Assembly: GCA_963748815.1 (NCBI GenBank)
Contig: CAVVKJ010000014.1
Coordinates: 64,001 to 128,000, forward strand
DNA: 64,000 bases
DNA from: an uncultured Gemmatimonadales bacterium
GTDB lineage: Bacteria; Gemmatimonadota; Gemmatimonadetes; Gemmatimonadales; GWC2-71-9
Direction of reading: 5' to 3'
How positions within the stretch are numbered: the first letter of the stretch is position 1; each line of letters starts with the position of its first letter. Positions 1 to 14,875 of this stretch are shown here, piece after piece. The translations under genes and the position numbers were made by a program. The notes below the pieces were generated by a model, which saw only the letters and a list, made by a program, of their open reading frames with translations, had not been told where the DNA came from and ran no database searches.

Positions 1-1
1 G

Positions 2-2659
2 TCGCCGGTCGGGTCGGTCCTGATCGAGAAGAGCGTCATCGGCTGGAAGGAGTTCGAGCTCGAGGTGATGCGCGACGCCGCGGACAACGTGGTGATCGTC
101 TGCTCCATCGAGAACATCGACCCGATGGGCGTCCACACCGGCGATTCGATCACCGTGGCGCCGGCCATGACCCTCACCGACCGTGAATACCAGACCATGC
201 GCGACAGCGCCCTCGCCATCATCCGCGAAGTCGGCGTGGCGGCGGGCGGGTGCAACATCCAGTTCGCCGTGGACCCCGCCACCGGCGAGCAGCTGGTCAT
301 CGAAATGAACCCCCGGGTCTCGCGGTCGTCGGCGCTCGCCTCCAAGGCCACCGGCTTCCCGATCGCGCGGATCGGCGCCAAGCTCGCGGTAGGGTACCGC
401 CTCGACGAACTGTCCAACGACATCACCAAGACCACGCCGGCCTCGTTCGAGCCGGTGCTGGACTACGTGGTGGTCAAGGTGCCGCGGTTCGCATTCGAGA
501 AGTTCCCGACGGCCGATCCGACCCTGACGACGCAGATGAAGTCCGTCGGCGAGGTGATGGCCATCGGCCGGACCTTCAAGGAGGCCTTCCAGAAGGGGAT
601 GCGCGGCCTCGAGATCGACCGGATCGGCTGGGTCGCCGGTGCCACCCCCGCCGCCGACCGCCTCGACGACGGCGGCATGGACACCGTCAAGGCGGCGCTC
701 CGCCGGCCGACCCCTGAACGGATCTTCCAGATCAAGCGGGCGCTGGCGGGCGGCGTGCCCGCGGCGGAGGTCGCCGAGCGGACGGGGATGGATCCCTGGT
801 TCATCGACCAGTTCGCGGAACTCGTGGAGGCGGAAGCCGCGTGGGCCACGGCCCCGGACGCCCTGGGCCCCGAATCGTTGCGCGCGATGAAGCGGATGGG
901 CTTTTCCGACGCCCAGCTCGGCCGCATCCGCGGCATGCCGGAGGAGGACATCCGCACCCTCCGGCACCAGCACGGCATCCGGCCGGTCTTCAAGATGGTG
1001 GACACCTGCGCCGGCGAGTTCCCCTCGGCGACGCCCTACCTCTACTCCTGCTACGACGAGGAGAACGAGTCGATCCCCGACGGCCGCAAGACCGTCATCA
1101 TCCTCGGCAGCGGCCCGAACCGGATCGGGCAGGGGGTCGAGTTCGATTACTGCTGCGTCCGCGCCGTGCTCGCCTTCCGGGAGCTCGGCTTTCGAACGGT
1201 CATGGTCAACTCGAATCCCGAGACGGTCTCCACCGACTTCGACATCTCCGACGCACTGTACTTCGAGCCGCTGACGCTCGAGGATGTGCTGGAAATCGTG
1301 CACGTCGAGAAGCCGATGGGGGTGGTGGTGCAGCTCGGCGGCCAGACGCCTCTCCGGCTGGCGCGCGGGCTCGAGGCCGCGGGCGTGCCGATCCTCGGGA
1401 CGTCGCCGGAGGCGATCGACGAGGCGGAAGATCGCGGGCGGTTCGAGGCCATGGCGCGGGAACTCGGCGTCGCGCAGCCGCCGAGCGGCACCGCCATGTC
1501 GGTCGAGGAGGCCGCCGCGGTCGCCGACCGGATCGGGTATCCGATCCTGGTGCGGCCCTCCTACGTGCTGGGCGGGCGCGGGATGCAGATCATTTACGAC
1601 CTCGAGTCGCTCCAGCGCTACTTTGCCCAGGCCACGCGGGTGACGCCGGAGCACCCGGTGCTCATCGACAGCTTCCTCGAGGACGCGTTCGAAGCGGACG
1701 TGGACGCGATCTGCGACGGCACGCAGTGCATCATCGGCGGCGTCATGCAGCATATCGAGGACGCCGGCATCCACTCCGGCGACTCCGCCTGCGTGCTGCC
1801 GCCGTACCTGATCACCGAGGACCAGGTCGAGGAGATGCGGCGCCACACCCGGGCCTTCGCGCTGCGGCTGGGGGTCGTCGGCCTCATCAACGTCCAGTAC
1901 GCCATCAAGCACGGCCAGGTGTACGTGCTCGAGGTGAATCCCCGGGGATCGCGCACCGTTCCCTTCGTCTCCAAGACGACGGGCGTGCCGCTCCCCTGGC
2001 TCGCCGCGGCGGTCATGGCGGGGCGCACGCTCGAGTCGCTCGGCCTGCACGACGACGTCATCCAGCCCTATGTGGCGGTCAAGGAGGCGGTCTTCCCCTT
2101 CAACAAGCTGCCGGGGGTGGACCTCATCCTCGGGCCGGAGATGCGGTCGACCGGCGAGGTCATGGGAATCGCCGATTCCTTCGGGATGGCCTTTGCCAAG
2201 GCGCAGATCAGCGCCGACGGCGCGCTGCCGCTGGAGGGCACCGTGTTCGTGACCGTCAACGACCACGACAAGCAGACCGTCGTCCCGATCGTCCGGCGTT
2301 TCCACGAACTGGGATTCCGCATCGTGGCCACCGAGGGCACCGCCCGCCACCTCCGGAGCCGGGGCATCCCGGCGGAACGGGTGCTGAAGGTCCACGAAGG
2401 GCGGCCCAACGCCATCGACATGATTCTCTCGGGCGATGTGCAGCTGCTCATCAACACGCCGCTCGGCAAGCTGACGCAGCAGGACGACTACCTGATGCGC
2501 CGCGCGGCGCTCCAGCACCGGACGCCGTACACCACGACACTGTCGGCGGCCTCCGCCGCCTGCGACGCCGTCATCGCGCTCCGCAGCCGGGCGCGGACCG
2601 TCCGCTCCCTCCAGGAATGGCACGCCATGGCCCGTGAGGCCACCGCGGAATCGGTGTGA
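2..2659 (+). CDS. carB: Carbamoyl-phosphate synthase large subunit (5'-partial)
   Basis: Frame is open from the window start ([22 protein letters not shown]). Motifs [42 protein letters not shown]-terminal MGS domain. Confidence 0.97.
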   Translation, partial: SPVGSVLIEKSVIGWKEFELEVMRDAADNVVIVCSIENIDPMGVHTGDSITVAPAMTLTDREYQTMRDSALAIIREVGVAAGGCNIQFAVDPATGEQLVIEMNPRVSRSSALASKATGFPIARIGAKLAVGYRLDELSNDITKTTPASFEPVLDYVVVKVPRFAFEKFPTADPTLTTQMKSVGEVMAIGRTFKEAFQKGMRGLEIDRIGWVAGATPAADRLDDGGMDTVKAALRRPTPERIFQIKRALAGGVPAAEVAERTGMDPWFIDQFAELVEAEAAWATAPDALGPESLRAMKRMGFSDAQLGRIRGMPEEDIRTLRHQHGIRPVFKMVDTCAGEFPSATPYLYSCYDEENESIPDGRKTVIILGSGPNRIGQGVEFDYCCVRAVLAFRELGFRTVMVNSNPETVSTDFDISDALYFEPLTLEDVLEIVHVEKPMGVVVQLGGQTPLRLARGLEAAGVPILGTSPEAIDEAEDRGRFEAMARELGVAQPPSGTAMSVEEAAAVADRIGYPILVRPSYVLGGRGMQIIYDLESLQRYFAQATRVTPEHPVLIDSFLEDAFEADVDAICDGTQCIIGGVMQHIEDAGIHSGDSACVLPPYLITEDQVEEMRRHTRAFALRLGVVGLINVQYAIKHGQVYVLEVNPRGSRTVPFVSKTTGVPLPWLAAAVMAGRTLESLGLHDDVIQPYVAVKEAVFPFNKLPGVDLILGPEMRSTGEVMGIADSFGMAFAKAQISADGALPLEGTVFVTVNDHDKQTVVPIVRRFHELGFRIVATEGTARHLRSRGIPAERVLKVHEGRPNAIDMILSGDVQLLINTPLGKLTQQDDYLMRRAALQHRTPYTTTLSAASAACDAVIALRSRARTVRSLQEWHAMAREATAESV

Positions 2660-3624
2660 CGACCGCCCGCGATCCCGGGTTCATCGCGTCGCTCCGTGGG
2701 CAGGTGCGGGGAGAGGTGCGCGCCGAGGAGCCGCTGGCCAGGTACTCGACCTATCGAATCGGCGGACCGGCCACCGTGCTCCTGCCCGCGGTCGAGGAGG
2801 ACGTGGGCGTGGCGCTTCGCGCGGCGGCCGCGGCTGGCATCCCCTGGTTCGCGGTGGGCCTCGGCTCCAACATCCTTCTCCCCGATGAGGGGATGGACGC
2901 GCTCGTCATCCGCCTCGGCAAGGGGCTCGACCGGCTCGACCAGGACGGGGCGCAGTGGACCGTGGGGGCCGGGCTGCCGGCGCCGCTCGCGGCGCGGCGC
3001 ACCGCGGCCGGCGGGTGGTTCGGCCTGCACAAGTTCGTCGGCGTGCCGGGCACCGCGGGAGGCGGGGTGTACATGAACGCCGGCTGTCACGGGGCGGAGT
3101 GGTCGGATTTCGTGGCATCGGTCCTCGTGGTGGACGCCACCGGGACCGACCGCGTCCTTCCGCGTGCCGAAATCCCCTTTGCCTACCGCCAGAGCGGTCT
3201 CGCGGGGCAGGTGGTCCTCGCGGCGACCGTGCGCCTTCGGCCGGAGGATCCGGCGGTCATCGAGGCGGAACTGGCGGAGCTCTTCAAGTGGCGCTCCGAA
3301 GGCACGCCGTTCAACCAGCCCTGCTGCGGGAGCGTCTTCCGAAATCCGGGAGGGGCCTCCTGGCATCAGGAGGGAGGTCCCCGGACGGCGGGGCAGCTGA
3401 TCGAGGCTGCCGGGCTGAAGGGGTTCCGGGTGGGAGGTGCCGAAATTTCTCCCAGGCACGCCAACTACTTCGTGAACACCGGCGGCGCGACCGCCGCCGA
3501 CATCCGGGCGTTGATTGCGCACGCCCAGGCCAGGGTCCGGGACCAGTTCGGCGCGGCGCTCGAGACCGAAGTGAAGCTGATCAACCCGGACGGTCGCGCC
3601 GACACGCTCCCTCCCCCCCGCTGA
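2656..3624 (+). CDS. murB: UDP-N-acetylenolpyruvoylglucosamine reductase
   Basis: [57 protein letters not shown] overlap with carB. Confidence 0.95.
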   Translation: MTTARDPGFIASLRGQVRGEVRAEEPLARYSTYRIGGPATVLLPAVEEDVGVALRAAAAAGIPWFAVGLGSNILLPDEGMDALVIRLGKGLDRLDQDGAQWTVGAGLPAPLAARRTAAGGWFGLHKFVGVPGTAGGGVYMNAGCHGAEWSDFVASVLVVDATGTDRVLPRAEIPFAYRQSGLAGQVVLAATVRLRPEDPAVIEAELAELFKWRSEGTPFNQPCCGSVFRNPGGASWHQEGGPRTAGQLIEAAGLKGFRVGGAEISPRHANYFVNTGGATAADIRALIAHAQARVRDQFGAALETEVKLINPDGRADTLPPPR

Positions 3625-3635
3625 CGGAAACTCCC

Positions 3636-4226
3636 ATGCCCGACTATTTCGTCCACGAATCCAGCTATGTCGATGAGGGCGCCGTCGTCGGCGCCGGGAC
3701 CAGCATCTGGCATTTCAGCCACGTCATGCCGGGCGCGGTCATCGGGGAGCGATGCAACCTGGGCCAGAACGTGGTGGTGATGCCGCGGACACGCCTCGGG
3801 AATAACGTGAAGGTGCAGAACAACGTGTCGATCTACGAGGGAGTGGAACTCGACGACGACGTCTTCTGCGGGCCCAGCTGCGTCTTCACGAATGTGATCA
3901 ATCCGCGGAGCCACGTCTCCCGGAAGCACGAGTATCTGCCGACCCGCGTCGGGCGGGGGGCCACCATCGGTGCCAACGCCACGATCATCTGCGGGAGCAC
4001 CCTCGGGGCCTATGCCTTTGTCGGGGCGGGGGCGGTGGTTCGTGGCGAGGTGCCGGACTACGCCCTGGTGGTGGGAATGCCGGCTCGGCGCATCGGATGG
4101 ATGTGCCAGTGCGGGGTGCGTCTCCATCTCGCCGACGGCGCCGCCACCTGCGCCGCCTGCGGCAGCCAGTACCGCGAGGAGGGGGGGCTTCTGCGCCGCG
4201 TTGATTCTGCCCCTCGGCACGGCTAA
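3636..4226 (+). CDS. wbpD: Hexapeptide-repeat sugar N-acetyltransferase (WbpD/WlbB-like)
   Basis: YFVHESSYVDEGAVVG, IWHFSHVM, CNLGQNV, KVQNNVSIY, VFTNVINPRS, C-terminal CxCG..CxxCG. ATG at 3636 lies inside the 2955 ORF. Confidence 0.85.
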   Translation: MPDYFVHESSYVDEGAVVGAGTSIWHFSHVMPGAVIGERCNLGQNVVVMPRTRLGNNVKVQNNVSIYEGVELDDDVFCGPSCVFTNVINPRSHVSRKHEYLPTRVGRGATIGANATIICGSTLGAYAFVGAGAVVRGEVPDYALVVGMPARRIGWMCQCGVRLHLADGAATCAACGSQYREEGGLLRRVDSAPRHG

Positions 4227-4301
4227 GTTTGTTGGTTGCCGTAGGTTAGAGAAATCCAACCGGCCGGAGGCCCCGCCTCCTGCCCCGCGAGGGACCGTCC
4301 C

Positions 4302-5420
4302 GTGAACGTGCCGCTGCTTGATCTCGTCGCCCAGCACCAGGGCATCAAGGACGCCGTCCTGCCGGCGGTCATGAGCGTCATCGAACGACAGGGCTTCATC
4401 ATGGGGCCCGAAGTGGCGCAGCTCGAGGCCCAGGTGGCCAGGCTTTCCGGGGCGAAGCACGGCATCGCCTGCGCGAGCGGCACCGACGCGTTGCTCATTC
4501 CCCTCCGGGCCCTCGGGCTGAAGCCAGGCGACGAAGTCATCGCGCCCGCATTCACCTTCTTTGCCACCGCCGGCGCCATCCACAACGCGGGCGGACGCCC
4601 GGTCTTCGTGGACATCGAACCGGGCACCTTCAATGTCGACCCGGCCGCGGTGGCGGCCGCCATCACCCCGCGGACGCGCGCCATCGTCCTGGTCCACATC
4701 TTCGGGCAGATGGCCGATGTCGGGGCCCTCGCGGCGCTGGCCCGGAAGCACAACCTCATGCTGGTGGAAGACGCCGCGCAGGCCATCGGGGCCCGCCGGA
4801 AGGTGGACGGGACCTGGCGCGCGGCGGGCGAGGTCGGCACCGTCGGCTCGTTCTCGTTCTTCCCGACGAAGAACCTCGGCGCCTGGGGCGACGGCGGCAT
4901 GATGGTCGCCCAGGACGACAGCCTCGCCGACCGGCTCCGCCGGGAGCGCCTGCACGGCGGGGCCCGCGAGTATTACCACGACGAGGTCGGGCTCAACAGC
5001 CGGCTCGACTCGCTGCAGGCCGCGGTTCTCCTGGCCAAGCTGCCCTACCTGGCGGCGTGGGGAGATCGGCGCCGTGCAATCGCGGCGCAGTATTCCGAGG
5101 CGTTGGCCGGCGTGGCAGGGGTGACGCCGCCTCCCGTGGATCCGGCCAACGAGCACATCTTCCACCAGTACACCATCCGTGCCGACCGGCGGGAGGCCCT
5201 GCTGGCCCACCTGAAGTCGCGCGGCATCGGCCACAAGGTGTACTACCCGCTCGCGCTGCACATGCAGCCCTGCTTCGCCTTCCTGGGTACGGGGAAGGGG
5301 GCGCTGCCGGTCACTGAGCGAGCGACGGAGGAAGTCGTTTCGCTGCCGATCTATCCTGAGCTCACCTCCGCCCAAATCGACGCCGTGATCGCGGCCGTCC
5401 GGGAGTTCTACCAGGGATGA
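4302..5420 (+). CDS. DegT/DnrJ/EryC1/StrS PLP-dependent sugar aminotransferase (WbpE-like)
   Basis: SGTDAL, FTFFATA, EDAAQAIGA, SFFPTKNLGAWGDGG, NSRLDSLQAA. Confidence 0.9.
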   Translation: MNVPLLDLVAQHQGIKDAVLPAVMSVIERQGFIMGPEVAQLEAQVARLSGAKHGIACASGTDALLIPLRALGLKPGDEVIAPAFTFFATAGAIHNAGGRPVFVDIEPGTFNVDPAAVAAAITPRTRAIVLVHIFGQMADVGALAALARKHNLMLVEDAAQAIGARRKVDGTWRAAGEVGTVGSFSFFPTKNLGAWGDGGMMVAQDDSLADRLRRERLHGGAREYYHDEVGLNSRLDSLQAAVLLAKLPYLAAWGDRRRAIAAQYSEALAGVAGVTPPPVDPANEHIFHQYTIRADRREALLAHLKSRGIGHKVYYPLALHMQPCFAFLGTGKGALPVTERATEEVVSLPIYPELTSAQIDAVIAAVREFYQG

Positions 5421-6708
5421 CCAACACCACCGTCCAGGACATCATCGCCAAGGCCGAGCGACGCGAGGCGCTGTTCGGCGTCGTCGGCCTCGGGTACGTC
5501 GGACTCCCCCTGGTCATCGAGCTGGCCCGGGCCGGCTACAAGGTGCTCGGCTTCGACATCCTCCCGCACGTGGTCGAGGGGCTGAACGCCGGCCGCTCCC
5601 ATGTGAAGGACATCACCGACGCCGCCCTGAAAGAGGTGCTGGCCAAGGGGCTGTTCGAGGCGACCACCGACCTCAGCCGCATGGGCGAGCCCGACGCGAT
5701 CTCGATCGCAGTGCCCACGCCGCTCTCGAAGTTCAAGGACCCCGACGTCAGCTTCATCCAGGCGTCCACGGAGTCCGTGCGCAAGACGCTGCGGCGGGGC
5801 CAGGTCATCATCCTGGAGAGCACCACCTACCCCGGCACCACGCGGGAGCTGATGCTGCCGGCGCTGGAGAGCACCGGGCTGCAGGTGGGCAAGGACTTCT
5901 TCCTCTCGTTCAGTCCGGAGCGTGTGGACCCGGGCAATGCGGTCTACGGCACGCGCAACACGCCCAAGGTGGTCGGCGGCATCACCCCCGACTGCCTGAA
6001 GGTGACGCTGGCGCTCTACCAGCCGGCCATGGACACCCTGGTTCCGGTGTCGTCGCCGGAGGCGGCGGAGCTCACCAAGATCCTGGAAAACACCTTTCGC
6101 AGCGTCAACATCGGCCTGGTGAACGAGACCGCCATCGTCTGCGACAAGCTGGGCGTGGATGTGTGGGAGGTCATCGAGGCGGCGGCCACCAAGCCGTTCG
6201 GCTTCATGAAGTTTCTTCCCGGCCCCGGGCTGGGCGGACACTGCATCCCGATCGACCCGCACTACCTCGCGTGGAAGATGCGCGGGCTCAACTACAAGAC
6301 CCGCTTCATCGACCTGGCCGGGCGAGGTGAACACCGAGATGCCGATGTTCTGGGTCCGGAAGGTCGCCGACGCCCTGAACAGCGTCGAGCCGGTCGGTGC
6401 GCGGCAGCCGGGTCCTCATCCTGGGCGTCGCCTACAAGCGGGACATCGACGACCTGCGCGAGAGTCCGGCGCTCGACATCATCCGTCTGCTCGAGCAGCA
6501 GGGGGCGCACGTCGAATTCCACGACCCGCACGTGAAGAGTTACCTGGAGGACGGCAAGACGGTGCACTCCGTGCCCCTGACGGTCGACACGGTGAAGGCC
6601 GCGGACTGCGTGATGGTGGTGACCGACCACACCGCCACGGACTACGCGATGGTGAAGCGGCACGCGCAGCTGGTCGTCGACACCCGCCACGTCATGCCGA
6701 GGGACTGA
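5417..6708 (+). CDS. UDP-N-acetylglucosamine 6-dehydrogenase (WbpA/WecC family); +1 frameshifts at ~6320 and ~6390, probably artefacts
   Basis: GLGYVGLP, ESTTYPGTT, SPERVDPGN, KILENTFRSVNI, GPGLGGHCIPIDP. Continues in the 6327 and 6397 frames (LGVAYKRDIDDLRESP). Confidence 0.88.
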
Positions 6709-6714
6709 GCCGAC

Positions 6715-8017
6715 GTGCGTGTGACGATCGTCGGGAGCGGGTACGTGGGCCTCGTGGCCGGCGCCTGCTTCGCCGAGACCGGCAACGACGTCGTCTGCGC
6801 CGACGTGGACGAGGAGAAGGTCGCGGGACTGCGGCGGAACGAACTCCCGATCTATGAACCGGGGCTCGAGCCGCTGGTGCGGAGGAATCAGGAGGAGGGG
6901 CGGCTTGCCTTCACGACCGACATCGGGGCGGCGGTGGAGCGCGCCCAGGTGGTCTTCATCGCCGTGGGGACGCCGGAGGGGGAGGACGGCTCGGCCGACC
7001 TGCACCACGTGCTGGACGTGGCGCGGGTCATCGGCAAGCACCTGAACGGCCCCAAGGTGATCGCCACCAAGTCCACCGTCCCGGTCGGGACGGCGGAGCT
7101 GGTGCGGGAGGCGATTCGCGCGGGGTCGAGCGAGGCCGTTCTCCGTCTGCGCCAATCCGGAGTTCCTGAAGGAGGGGGCGGCGGTCGAGGACTTCATGCA
7201 CCCCGACCGGGTGGTGGTCGGCGTCGACGACGACCGCGCCCGCGAGGCGATGGCGCAGCTCTACGGGCCGTTCTTCCGGAAGAGCGACCGGATCCTGTTC
7301 ATGGACATCCCGTCGGCGGAGGTCACGAAGTACGCCGCCAACGCGATGCTGGCCACGCGCATCTCGTTCATGAACCAGATCGCGAACCTCTGCGAGCGCG
7401 TCGGGGCGGACGTCACCAGCGTCCGGCGGGGCATCGGCACCGACCAGCGCATCGGGCCGGCGTTCCTGTTTCCCGGTCCCGGCTACGGCGGCGCCTGCTT
7501 CCCGAAGGACGTCAAGGCGCTGATCCGGACCGCGCGCGATGCCCACGCCCCCGCCGACCTCTTCGAGGCGGTCGAGACGGTCAACCTGCGGCAGAAGCAG
7601 GTGCTCCTCGGCAAGGTGGCCGCGGCGTTCGGTGGGGTGCTCGAGGGCAAAATCGTGGCGCTCTGGGGTCTCGCCTTCAAGGCCGAGACCGACGACGTCC
7701 GGGAGAGCCCGGCCATTCCGCTCATCGAGGGGCTGCTGGCGCGCGGGGCCCGCGTGGTGGCGCACGACCCGCACGCGATGGAGAACGCCCGGAAGCGCTT
7801 CGGCGATCGCATCAGCTTTGCCGCCGACCCGTACGCCGCCGCCCACGGGGCGGACGCCCTCGTCATCGTCACCGAGTGGCTGGTGTACCGGAACCCCGAC
7901 TTCGAGCGGTTGCTGGCCGAGCTGCGGGGCCGGGTCCTGGTCGACGGCCGTAACTTGTACGACGCGGCGCGCATGCGCGCCCTGGGATTTTCCTACGCCT
8001 CCATCGGCCGGCCATGA
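6715..8017 (+). CDS. ugd: UDP-glucose 6-dehydrogenase; +1 frameshift at ~7135
   Basis: GSGYVGL, KSTVPVGT, then after the shift NPEFLKEG, KYAANAMLATRISF, GPGYGGACFPKD, FKAETDDVRESP. Confidence 0.92.
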
Positions 8018-8742
8018 GTGCCCGGCCCGGGAGCAGCATGAACGTCAGCCCTGAGCACCTGATCCAGCAGGCCCGCGAGCGCTTTGCGCTGCAGGACTAC
8101 CGCGGCGCCGCCTACCTCCTCGAGGAGGTGGTGGCCGGTGGCCGTGCGTTCGCGGACGTCCACCACCTGCTCGGCGTCTCGTATTCGCTGTTGAGCCTGC
8201 CGGACCGCGCCCTGGTCGAGTTCGACCGGGCGCTCGCGCTCAATCCGCGGTATCTCGAGGCCCTCATCCACCGCGGGATGATCCTGATGGACCTCGGCCG
8301 TCGCGAGGAGGCGGAGGCGTCGTTCCAGCTGGCCCAGCAGGGTGAACTGCTGACGGCCGGACTGCCGGCCCACGCCGCCGGCCGCCTGGCCAACCTCCAC
8401 GCCGCGGTCGCCGAGGCGTACGCCGAACTTGGCGCGTTGCAGCCCGCGATCGAGCAGCTCACGATCGCCACCAAGCTCGGGCCGAAATTTCCGGATCTTC
8501 GGTACCGGCTTGCGCGCCTGATGCTGGAGGCGGGGCAGACGCTGGAAGCGCGCGAAGAGCTGGAGCTCGTGGTCCGCACGCGGCCCAACTTCCTCGACGC
8601 CCTCGCCCTCCTCGGACTCGCCCGGTATCTCTCCGGCGACGCGGACGGCGCCGAGACCGTCTGGCGGGATTGCCTCACCCGCCGGCCGGAAGACGCCCGC
8701 GTGGAAGCGTACCTGGCCATGCTGAGCCGCGGCACCCGATGA
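8014..8742 (+). CDS. Tetratricopeptide-repeat protein (alternative start 8038)
   Basis: TPR-like helices (ADVHHLLGVSY, FDRALALNPRYLEA, PDLRYRLA); ATGA overlap with ugd. Confidence 0.8.
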   Translation: MSARPGSSMNVSPEHLIQQARERFALQDYRGAAYLLEEVVAGGRAFADVHHLLGVSYSLLSLPDRALVEFDRALALNPRYLEALIHRGMILMDLGRREEAEASFQLAQQGELLTAGLPAHAAGRLANLHAAVAEAYAELGALQPAIEQLTIATKLGPKFPDLRYRLARLMLEAGQTLEAREELELVVRTRPNFLDALALLGLARYLSGDADGAETVWRDCLTRRPEDARVEAYLAMLSRGTR

Positions 8743-9647
8743 CGCTGGCAGGGCGGTCGTGGCTGGGCATCCTGGCGCTGGGCGCCGTCGCCTGCGGCCC
8801 GGCCGGGGGGCCGGAGGGCGTGGCCGACCGGGAGTACGCCGAGGGCCGGTACCAGGAGGCCCTGGCGGTGTACGCCCCCCTCGCCGAGAGCCAGCCGTCC
8901 CCGGCCCTCTGGGCCAAGGTCGGCGCCACGGCGCTGCGGCTTGGCCAGCTGCGGGAAGCGACCGCGGCCTACCAGGCGCTCGCCACCACGGCCCCGGACC
9001 GGGCCGAGGAGGCGGCGGAGGGACTGGAGCGGGTCATCGTGGCGGCGGAGCGCCGGCGCGACGAGGTGGCGCTGGAGGAGGCGGTCACGGCGCTGCGTGC
9101 CGTCGCGCCCGAACGCCCGCTCGGCCGGCACGCCCTGAACCTGATGCAGGTTGTCGAGGGGCCGGTTACGCCGTCCGATTTCGCGGCGGCGCTCGCCGTG
9201 GCCTCTGATGCGCGCACGGTGGATTCGTTGCTCGTCCGACAGGCGAATGCCCTCGTCGGCACCGGCAACTGTGCCGCCGCCATCCCGCTCTACCAGGCCG
9301 CCGTTCGCCGCGCCGGGCGATCGGGAAGCCTCTCTGCGGAGTCGGGACTGGTGGACTGCTTCTTCCGGCTCGGCGCCGCGCAGCTGGTCACGGCGCCGGA
9401 CAGTGCGGAGGCGTGGTTTCGCAGCGCCACCGGCCTCGACTCGACCACCGCGGTCGGCCGGGCGGCGATGGTCGGACTTGGCGATGCGCGGCGGAGTCAG
9501 GGCGACCTGATCGGCGCCGCGCTCGCCTACCAGACCGTCCTCTCCAGCGGGGACCGGTCCGATTCGCTCTCCACCGTGGCCGCCGCCAGGCTCAACGCGC
9601 TGGTCTCGGCCGACGCGCCGGATTCACTTTCGACGGAAACGCCATGA
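8739..9647 (+). CDS. Helical-repeat (TPR-like) lipoprotein
   Basis: Lipobox LGAVAC, Ala-rich helical repeats, ATGA-coupled to both neighbours. Confidence 0.7.
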   Translation: MTLAGRSWLGILALGAVACGPAGGPEGVADREYAEGRYQEALAVYAPLAESQPSPALWAKVGATALRLGQLREATAAYQALATTAPDRAEEAAEGLERVIVAAERRRDEVALEEAVTALRAVAPERPLGRHALNLMQVVEGPVTPSDFAAALAVASDARTVDSLLVRQANALVGTGNCAAAIPLYQAAVRRAGRSGSLSAESGLVDCFFRLGAAQLVTAPDSAEAWFRSATGLDSTTAVGRAAMVGLGDARRSQGDLIGAALAYQTVLSSGDRSDSLSTVAAARLNALVSADAPDSLSTETP

Positions 9648-10420
9648 CGTTGCGGTCACTGTTGTTCTGCGGAGTCCTCGCCGTCGCCGCCTGCAAGTCG
9701 GGCAGCGGCAGCGCCGCCCCCGATCTGGGCGCCGCGCCGGTCGACCCGACGCTCGCGGCCGCGCGCGGCGACTCGCTCTGGGACAAGGGCGTCAAGGATT
9801 TCCGGAAGGGGTACTACCACTCCGCTTCCGAGGCGCTGCAACGGGCGCTCCTCGAGTTCAACCCGGGCGATCCCCGCATTCCCCAGGCCCATTTCTACCT
9901 CGGGGAGGCGTACTTCGGCTCCGGCAGCCAGCTGCAGGCCGTCCGCGAGTTCCGGAAGGTGTCTGATGACTTTCCGAGCAACCCCCTCGCGCCCGACGCG
10001 CTCTACCGCGCCGGCGACGCCTATGCCGTCCTCTGGCGGAAGCCGGCCCTCGACCCGACGTACGGCAAGTCGGCCATCGCGACCTATACCGAGCTCCTGA
10101 ACCGCTATCCGGACTCGCCGGCCGCCGCCAAGGCGCGGGTGCAGCTGGCGGACCTGGCGGACAAGTTCGCCTACAAGGAGTGGGAAACCGCGAAGTACTA
10201 CATCCGCAACAAGGCGATCGACTCGGCCATCCTGTACATGCGCGCGCTGGTGGCGAGCTACCCGAACACCCCCTCGGCGCAGCAGGCGCTCGCGCAACTC
10301 GTCGTCACCTACCGCAGTCTCGGGTACGTCGAGGACGCGGCGGAGATGTGCGGCGCCCTGCGGCAGTACCACCCCGAGACCAAGAACCTCGACACGCTCT
10401 GCCCTGTCGGCGGCGGGTGA
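9644..10420 (+). CDS. bamD: Outer membrane protein assembly lipoprotein BamD
   Basis: Lipobox AVAAC; TPRs AHFYLGEAYF, DALYRAGDAY, ELLNRYPDS, KEWETAKYY. Confidence 0.85.
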   Translation: MTLRSLLFCGVLAVAACKSGSGSAAPDLGAAPVDPTLAAARGDSLWDKGVKDFRKGYYHSASEALQRALLEFNPGDPRIPQAHFYLGEAYFGSGSQLQAVREFRKVSDDFPSNPLAPDALYRAGDAYAVLWRKPALDPTYGKSAIATYTELLNRYPDSPAAAKARVQLADLADKFAYKEWETAKYYIRNKAIDSAILYMRALVASYPNTPSAQQALAQLVVTYRSLGYVEDAAEMCGALRQYHPETKNLDTLCPVGGG

Positions 10421-10424
10421 ACGC

Positions 10425-10996
10425 GTGATCGGGCTGTTCGGGGGTTCGTTCGACCCGATCCACGCCGGACACCTGATCGTGGGACGGGCGGTGGCGGAAT
10501 TGCTCGGGCTCGAGGAACTGCGGTTCATGCCGACGGGGGAGCAGCCGCTGAAGCAGGGGCGGCACCAGGCCAGCGCCCGCCAGCGGATCGCGATGGTGGC
10601 CGCGGCCGTCGCGGGCGAGCCGGGCCTCGCTCTCGAAGCGAGCGAGGCGGAACGGCCCGGTCCGTCGTACACGGTGGACACCCTGCGGGCGCTCCGGGCG
10701 CGTGAGCCGGGGCGGGAATTCGTCGTGCTGCTCGGCGCCGATGCCGTCGCCGATCTCGACCGGTGGCACGAGGCGGCGGCCCTGCCGGGCCTCGCGCGGC
10801 TGGTCGCCTTTACCCGGGCGGGCGCTCCGCGTCCCGCCCACCCAATGCTCCACCAGGTGGTGGACGCACCCGCCGTCGAGATCTCCTCGACGGCCATCCG
10901 GCGGCGCGTGGCGGCCGGACGCTCGATTCGCTATCTCGTCCCCGACGCGGTCGCCGCGGTCATCGCGGCCCAGGGGCTGTACAGGAACGGACTGGA

Positions 10997-11000
<4 letters not shown>
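10425..11000 (+). CDS. nadD: Nicotinate-nucleotide adenylyltransferase
   Basis: [34 protein letters not shown]. Confidence 0.95.
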
Positions 11001-14134
<3,134 letters not shown>

Positions 14135-14191
14135 GGGGGCACGCGTGATTCGGGCCCCGTAAACTCGGCGGGCACGGCCTAACTTGTGGTC

Positions 14192-14875
14192 GTGCCCGCC
14201 TCCCTTTCCCCCCCGGCCGTCCCCGACCTCCCCCGGGAGCGGCTCTGGGCCCTCGGGCCCTCCGCGTTGACGCCGGGCGAACTTCTCGCCATCCTCCTAG
14301 GGACCGGCAGTTCCACCACAAGCGTGACCGAGGTCGCTGCCCGCCTCCTGGAGGCGGGGGGTGGGTCCTTGCGCCGCCTGGCCGCCCGCCCGCCGGCGGA
14401 GCTGCTCCAGGTCCCCGGGGTGGGCACCGCCAAGGGGGCACGGCTCCTCGCCGCGTTCGAGCTCGCGGCCCGGCTGGCCGGGGAAACCCGCCCCGCGCGG
14501 CCCCGGATCGGGGAGCCGGCGGACGTGGCTCGGCTGCTCGGGCCGCGGCTTCGCGATCTCGAGGTCGAGGAGTTCCGGCTGCTGGCGCTCGACAGCCAGA
14601 GCTGTGTCCTGCGGGAGGTCCTGGTCACCCGGGGACTGTTGAACAGCTCCCTGGTGCATCCCCGCGAGGTCTTCCGGCCCGCCATCGCGGAGGCGGCGGC
14701 GGGCATCATCGTGGTCCACAATCACCCGAGCGGGGATCCGACCCCCTCGGCCGAAGATCAGGCGGTGACCCGGCAGCTGGTGGCGGCCGGGCGCCTCCTG
14801 GACCTGCCGGTGTACGATCACGTCGTGATCGCCGGCGATCGTTTCGTCAGCTTTGCCACCGCAGGACTCCTGTGA
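14192..14875 (+). CDS. radC: RadC-like JAB/MPN domain protein (start 14186 or 14192)
   Basis: PRERL, ELLAILLGTG, HhH VPGVGTAK, VHPREVFR, HNHPSGDPTPSAED, DHVVI. Confidence 0.93.
   Translation: MPASLSPPAVPDLPRERLWALGPSALTPGELLAILLGTGSSTTSVTEVAARLLEAGGGSLRRLAARPPAELLQVPGVGTAKGARLLAAFELAARLAGETRPARPRIGEPADVARLLGPRLRDLEVEEFRLLALDSQSCVLREVLVTRGLLNSSLVHPREVFRPAIAEAAAGIIVVHNHPSGDPTPSAEDQAVTRQLVAAGRLLDLPVYDHVVIAGDRFVSFATAGLL

Noticed and set aside
14186..14875. radC as a mobile-element or anti-defence marker
   Set aside because: It is the full-length chromosomal form with the HhH region, coupled to relA, with no mobile genes nearby.
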